From an uncultured Candidatus Saccharibacteria bacterium (GTDB lineage: Bacteria; Patescibacteriota; Saccharimonadia; CAILAD01; CAZGYV01), in assembly GCA_964530725.1 (NCBI GenBank), contig CAZGYV010000001.1:15829-79828 (forward strand): a stretch of DNA of 64,000 nt, in the 5' to 3' direction. The stretch's first letter is position 1, and each line of letters opens with the position of its first letter. The notes beneath the pieces were generated by a model. The model was not told the DNA's origin and made no database searches. It worked only from the letters and a program-made list of their open reading frames with translations. The position numbers and the translations under genes are program-made. Positions 59,900 through 64,000 of this stretch are shown in pieces.

Positions 59900-60693
59900 T
59901 ACTTCTGCCCCAACACCACAAAAACAATCTCAAGCTTGGATGTATTCACGAGCGGGCGTAAATGGGCCGTTTGGAACAAGGCATTGTCACTGCGATCGAC
60001 AGCCTCGACTTGACCGATCAAGATACCGCGCGGAATGATATCCGAGCCGGCCGTAATCACAGTCTCGCCAGGCCTGATCGATTCGCTTTGGGCGATTTTT
60101 TCCATCTCATAACCTTCACCAAGCTGTCCCTTGACAACACCGCTGGCTCTGCCCTCCTGACCAAGCCCTAAAATTCTAAACTCAGGGTCATCAATTAAAA
60201 ATATTTTGGCGCTGTAATCATTCACCTCCTCAACCTCACCGACAAGAACGCCACCAGAGACGGCCGCCATGCCCTTTTTGATATTACTCGAGGCACCCCG
60301 ATCGATCGTTAGATACTTGCGCACATTGTCAGGATTGTAGCCAACCACCCTGGTTGGCACTAGGTCGAGCGACAAGCGAGCGTTGAAGCCGACTTGCTTG
60401 CGCAAAATATCGTTTTCTTTCGATATTTCCTGCATATCTGACAACTGTTTTTTGAGCTCCAGCACCTCAGCTTCGAGCTGCTTATTTTTATTACCAAGAC
60501 TTGTCAGCGAGCCAAACAATCCAACCGTGTCGCTAATATTACGAGCCGAGGCCGTGAAAAACCGACCAACCGGGCTAAAAGCCTGGTCGAATACTATGCG
60601 CAACGGCCACAAAAGCCCAGTGAGTTGCAACACGACGATAATAATACCGACGGACAACACCGTAATAGTAGTAAAGCGAATTTTCCTCTTCAT
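59899..60693 (-). CDS. mreC: rod shape-determining protein MreC
   Basis: N-terminal TM helix, a coiled coil (LEAEVLELKKQLSDMQE) and beta-barrel repeats (GMAAVSGGVLVGEV..., ITAGSDIIPRGILIGQV). Confidence 0.9.
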   Translation of the reverse strand: MKRKIRFTTITVLSVGIIIVVLQLTGLLWPLRIVFDQAFSPVGRFFTASARNISDTVGLFGSLTSLGNKNKQLEAEVLELKKQLSDMQEISKENDILRKQVGFNARLSLDLVPTRVVGYNPDNVRKYLTIDRGASSNIKKGMAAVSGGVLVGEVEEVNDYSAKIFLIDDPEFRILGLGQEGRASGVVKGQLGEGYEMEKIAQSESIRPGETVITAGSDIIPRGILIGQVEAVDRSDNALFQTAHLRPLVNTSKLEIVFVVLGQK

Positions 60694-60792
60694 GCAACCT
60701 TATTTTACCATTTATTGAGATGGGTTTGTGATAGAATTCTGATCTTAGATTCTTTATAAGAAAAATAATACCGAGACGCATTTATAAGAATG

Positions 60793-60890
60793 GAGTTCAA
60801 GGAAGAAATGAGAATCGTAGAGAGGCGTAGTTTGCACTACGTCGAGCGAGACTCGCAATTTCTGACGCAGAAGTACGTCTTAAAAATGTG
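60793..60890 (-). repeat. copy B of the ~95-nt intergenic element (post-mreB)
   Basis: See copy A (41355-41450). The hairpin here is CGTAG-n6-CTACG, a compensatory change relative to copy A. Confidence 0.6.
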
Positions 60891-60895
60891 TCGAT

Positions 60896-61948
60896 CTACC
60901 GCGGTGTTTTTTCATATTGGGTGGAGACCAGCACATCCTTCAAACTATCAATATCCTCCAAGACCAGCCCCGTACCCCGTACCACCGCAGTCAATGGATC
61001 CTCGGCAATATGAATGGGCATCTTGGTTTGTTGATTTAGTAGTTTGTCTAGTCCGCGCAGCAAAGCCCCACCGCCAGCCAAATAAATGCCCTTGTCCATG
61101 ATGTCAGCGATCAGCTCAGGCGGCGTTTCCTCGAGAGTATTTTTAACCGCGTCGACGATCGAGCGCACGCTTTTGGCTAACGCCTGACGTACCTGATCGG
61201 ACGTAATAATGATTTCCTTTGGCAGGCCGGTTACGATGTCACGACCGCGGATCGGTGCCTCGATTTCCTCATCGATCTTACAGGCTGAGCCGACATTGAT
61301 TTTAATAGCTTCTGCCGTACGCTCACCTACCTGAAGATTGAATTTCTCCTTAGCATAGTTGATGATATCCTCGGTCAGTTCATCACCAGCAATGCGAATC
61401 GAGCGACTGGCCACGATCCCGCCCAAGCTAATCACCGCCACTTCACTGGTGCCGCCACCAATATCAACTATCATCGAGCCGGCGGCCTCATGCACCGGCA
61501 GGCGACTGCCGACTGCTGCTGCCATCGGCTCCTCGATCAGGAAAGCTTGGCGCGCGCCGGCGTTAGTAGTAGCGTCTTCGACCGCTCTTTTTTCGACTTC
61601 GGTCACTCCCGAAGGAATACCAATCACGACCCGCGGGCGGGGAAAAAAGGCGAAGCTCTCTTTGTGAACCTTCTCAATAAAATACTTAAGCATTTGCTCG
61701 GTGATTTCAAAATCACTAACAACGCCGTCGACCAAAGGCCTCGAAGCGACAATGTAAGCCGGCGTCTTACCGACCATCGTCTTGGCCTCCTCGCCGATCG
61801 CTAAAATCTGCTTCGTCTTAGTATTGATCGCGACCACACTGGGCTCGTTGATAATTATCCCCTTACCACGAACATAGACCAAGGTGTTTGCCGTACCCAG
61901 GTCTATGCCAATGTCGTGCGAAAATCTTCCTAGAATTTTTTTTAACAT
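60896..61948 (-). CDS. mreB: rod shape-determining protein MreB (paralog 2, canonical mreBCD context)
   Basis: IGIDLGTANTLVYVRGKGIIINEPSVVAI, DIGGGTSEVAVISLGG and LAGGGALLRGLDK. Confidence 0.95.
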   Translation of the reverse strand: MLKKILGRFSHDIGIDLGTANTLVYVRGKGIIINEPSVVAINTKTKQILAIGEEAKTMVGKTPAYIVASRPLVDGVVSDFEITEQMLKYFIEKVHKESFAFFPRPRVVIGIPSGVTEVEKRAVEDATTNAGARQAFLIEEPMAAAVGSRLPVHEAAGSMIVDIGGGTSEVAVISLGGIVASRSIRIAGDELTEDIINYAKEKFNLQVGERTAEAIKINVGSACKIDEEIEAPIRGRDIVTGLPKEIIITSDQVRQALAKSVRSIVDAVKNTLEETPPELIADIMDKGIYLAGGGALLRGLDKLLNQQTKMPIHIAEDPLTAVVRGTGLVLEDIDSLKDVLVSTQYEKTPR

Positions 61949-62011
61949 AGGCCCCGCTATTTACCTAAGTTTAACAATATTATTAGCATTGCCGCAAGAT
62001 TAGATTGGTAC

Positions 62012-62749
62012 TTAACTGTTCAAAAGTACAAAAAAAGCAATGGAATTGTTGAGCGTGTGCAGTATAATTCCTGGCCCAATCGAACGAAACCTAATATACA
62101 TAATCGACAGAATAACACCCAGTATGAATGTATAGATACCAACATTGACTTGCATGTGCATGGCGCCGAATAGCGCGCTGGAGAGAATAACACCAGCGAA
62201 ATTACCCCATTTAGCACTAAAAGGCGGCAACAAAAAACCGCGAAAATAAACTTCTTCAATAAATGGCGCGATCAATACCGATACGATGAAGCTGCCTATC
62301 AAGCCTGCTCCCCTGCGACCAAGCTCGAAACCACTTTTCTGTGTCTCATTAAGGTTAATCTGCGGCAGCAGCACACTCACCAGCAGATAAACTACAAAAA
62401 GTACGGCTACAAAAAGTACAAATAGCGTAAGAATCGTTAAGAGCGCCCGCCAAACATTGAACCGGCGTAAACCAAAATCAGCTAGCTTAAGTTTGTAACG
62501 ACGCTTTACCCCAAAAAGCAAGCCTACTTCGATTGCAATACTCATGACAATCCTCGTCAGAGCCGAGGCGACGCCATCACCTAATATAAACTTCGATACA
62601 GTAGACGGCAAAATCCCCAGCTTAGCCATCCCAATCGTCGAGAGTAAAATCATTAGCGGAATAATCACCGTCAAGGCCACCACTACAAATGCCGCCGAAG
62701 CGGACCAGCTAGTGCCGGCAAACGAGCTTTTTTTCAACCAGCCGATCAT
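62012..62749 (-). CDS. CPBP-family intramembrane glutamic endopeptidase (CAAX protease-like)
   Basis: APFIEEVYFRGFL (EExxxR), FGAMH and HTLNN motifs. Confidence 0.85.
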   Translation of the reverse strand: MIGWLKKSSFAGTSWSASAAFVVVALTVIIPLMILLSTIGMAKLGILPSTVSKFILGDGVASALTRIVMSIAIEVGLLFGVKRRYKLKLADFGLRRFNVWRALLTILTLFVLFVAVLFVVYLLVSVLLPQINLNETQKSGFELGRRGAGLIGSFIVSVLIAPFIEEVYFRGFLLPPFSAKWGNFAGVILSSALFGAMHMQVNVGIYTFILGVILSIMYIRFRSIGPGIILHTLNNSIAFFVLLNS

Positions 62750-63831
62750 CGCAAACGCGTAATATCAGTCACCGATACGATTATCATCAGAAGGATTAGA
62801 GCAGCAAAGCCGGCAATATGAACGAGATTCTCGACCCGCCCACTCACTTTTAAGCCCATCTTGTCCAGTACCACGATTAGCAAACGTCCGCCATCGAGAG
62901 CTGGAATGGGCAAAGCATTGATAATAGCAAGCGATAGTGAAATCGAAGCGACCAGAGCTATCAGGTAGCGCCAACCAAATTTAAACACTTCCCCGAAAAT
63001 TGCCGTAATGCCAATCGGGCCAGTCACGCCCTCACTGACTTTGGCGTGCAAAAACAAATTAGTTATAAGCCCGCCAAAAGCTGCCAAGGTCGCCCAAGTC
63101 ATTTGGCCTATCATCACAGCCGCAGCCAAGGGCGCGGCCCACCAATCGTAGCGGTAAAGCTGCTCGGGCATTGTCGCGACGCCGAATATGCCATTGCCAC
63201 TATCTTGCCCCGGCAGGCGCACAATTACGTCACGCTGGCGCTGATCACTCTCAACCACGAACCGAACTTCAGACCCAGCATGAGACTTTGTGAAATTACG
63301 AAATCCTTCGACCGTCGTGACCGCCTCGCCATTGGCAGACAATATCCAATCACCAGTCTTAAGACCAGCTTGTTGCGCCAAGGAATCTTTACTGACCTGC
63401 AATACCATCAAGTGATTTGGCCCCATGGCGTGTGGCTGGACTGGGCCGAAAGCCGGCATCGAGCCGGTAATAAGCGGCGGCATGCCAGTGGCTACTAGTA
63501 GTGTCACCAGTAAATAAGCGAAAATTAAGTTCATTGTCACGCCGGCTAGAAGAATCTTTGTCTTCACCCAGGCCCGCTGACCACTAAAACTATCCTTTGA
63601 TTTGTCGTCACCGGTTTCACCTTTGATTTTGACAAAACCGCCTAGCGGCAAAGCGTTTACGCTGTACAAAACGCCGTTCTTCTTCTTGCCCCACAGGCGC
63701 GGCGGGAAGCCGACACCAAATTCATCGACTCTCACGCCATTACGCCGAGCAACTACAAAATGACCCCATTCGTGAATCACTACTAAAAAGGTAAAAACTA
63801 AAAGAACCGCCAAAATCGTAAGTATAATCAT
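62746..63831 (-). CDS. rseP: RIP metalloprotease RseP (M50 site-2 protease)
   Basis: VIHEWGHFVVAR (HExxH), an internal PDZ (GLKTGDWILSANGE) and NALPIPALDGG. Confidence 0.9.
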   Translation of the reverse strand: MIILTILAVLLVFTFLVVIHEWGHFVVARRNGVRVDEFGVGFPPRLWGKKKNGVLYSVNALPLGGFVKIKGETGDDKSKDSFSGQRAWVKTKILLAGVTMNLIFAYLLVTLLVATGMPPLITGSMPAFGPVQPHAMGPNHLMVLQVSKDSLAQQAGLKTGDWILSANGEAVTTVEGFRNFTKSHAGSEVRFVVESDQRQRDVIVRLPGQDSGNGIFGVATMPEQLYRYDWWAAPLAAAVMIGQMTWATLAAFGGLITNLFLHAKVSEGVTGPIGITAIFGEVFKFGWRYLIALVASISLSLAIINALPIPALDGGRLLIVVLDKMGLKVSGRVENLVHIAGFAALILLMIIVSVTDITRLR

Positions 63832-63891
63832 GTGTCTATTTTAGCATAAATGCTAAAAATTAATTTTTACCCATGGCGAGCGAATTTGCCC

Positions 63892-64000
63892 TTACGCCCC
63901 GAAACGGCGCTTGCGCTTCTTGTATTCTGCCACCACTCCATCGAGCGTCTTTTCGTCAAATTCAGGCCACGATTTATCGATAAACATCAGCTCGGCATAA
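63892..64000 (-). CDS. uppS: undecaprenyl-diphosphate synthase, C-terminal 35 aa only (N-terminus beyond window)
   Basis: The minus-strand frame reads ...AELMFIDKSWPEFDEKTLDGVVAEYKKRKRRFGA*. This matches the conserved UppS C-terminus (AELyF....WPdF.......A...y..R.RRFG). Confidence 0.7.
   Translation of the reverse strand, partial: YAELMFIDKSWPEFDEKTLDGVVAEYKKRKRRFGA

Noticed and set aside
60790-61101. 103-aa plus-strand ORF (MEFKEEMRIVERRSLHYVERDSQFLTQK...), whose first ~28 codons resemble the plus-frame reading of the ftsE-ftsX spacer (MRRTQRYDERAAQFLTQK)
   Set aside because: Beyond the shared ~95-nt element, both frames run antisense through mreB or ftsE and lose all similarity. There is no convincing SD. 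The similarity is reported as a DNA/RNA element instead, with the coding possibility left open.

Overview
This 64-kb window looks like a reduced-genome, Gram-positive-like bacterium. The gene set fits Patescibacteria/CPR, most likely Saccharibacteria, but that is inference from gene content, not a search result. It includes type IV minor pilins, a sortase with a PQTG-anchored surface protein, a SipW/TasA-like set, a class I LysRS, two MreB paralogs and DUF3048. TGA is used as a stop codon and prfB is present, so the genetic code is standard.

The backbone is about 50% GC by eye and is organised in dense, mostly minus-strand operons:
- Translation and RNA: gltX, serS, lysK, rpmA, hpf, prfB, greA.
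- Cell wall and cell shape: murA, murD, mreB-mreC-mreD-PBP2, and a second mreB fused to a glycopolymer operon.
- Division and envelope: ftsE-ftsX with a PcsB-like CHAP hydrolase and a Ctp protease.
- Other housekeeping: secA, pyrG, xseAB, rseP, a CPBP protease, uppS (partial).

Four accessory regions or elements stand out:
1. An AT-rich ~7-kb island sits against tRNA-Glu(CUC). It is bounded by a large serine recombinase whose ORF runs into the tRNA. It carries a 1223-aa KAP-type P-loop NTPase with a transmembrane insert, plus two structured non-coding regions.
2. A high-GC ~4.7-kb block (44.7-49.4 kb) holds six co-directional unknown genes. It is flanked by collinear direct repeats and punctuated by perfect GC-rich hairpins. 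A smaller patch of the same style lies at 2.6-3.75 kb.
3. A SipW/TasA-like secretion operon lies divergent from a three-gene prepilin operon.
4. A ~95-nt element is present in two copies, directly after the stop codons of ftsE and mreB.

I found no CRISPR array, rRNA gene or transposase. All GC statements are visual estimates. No database search was run.
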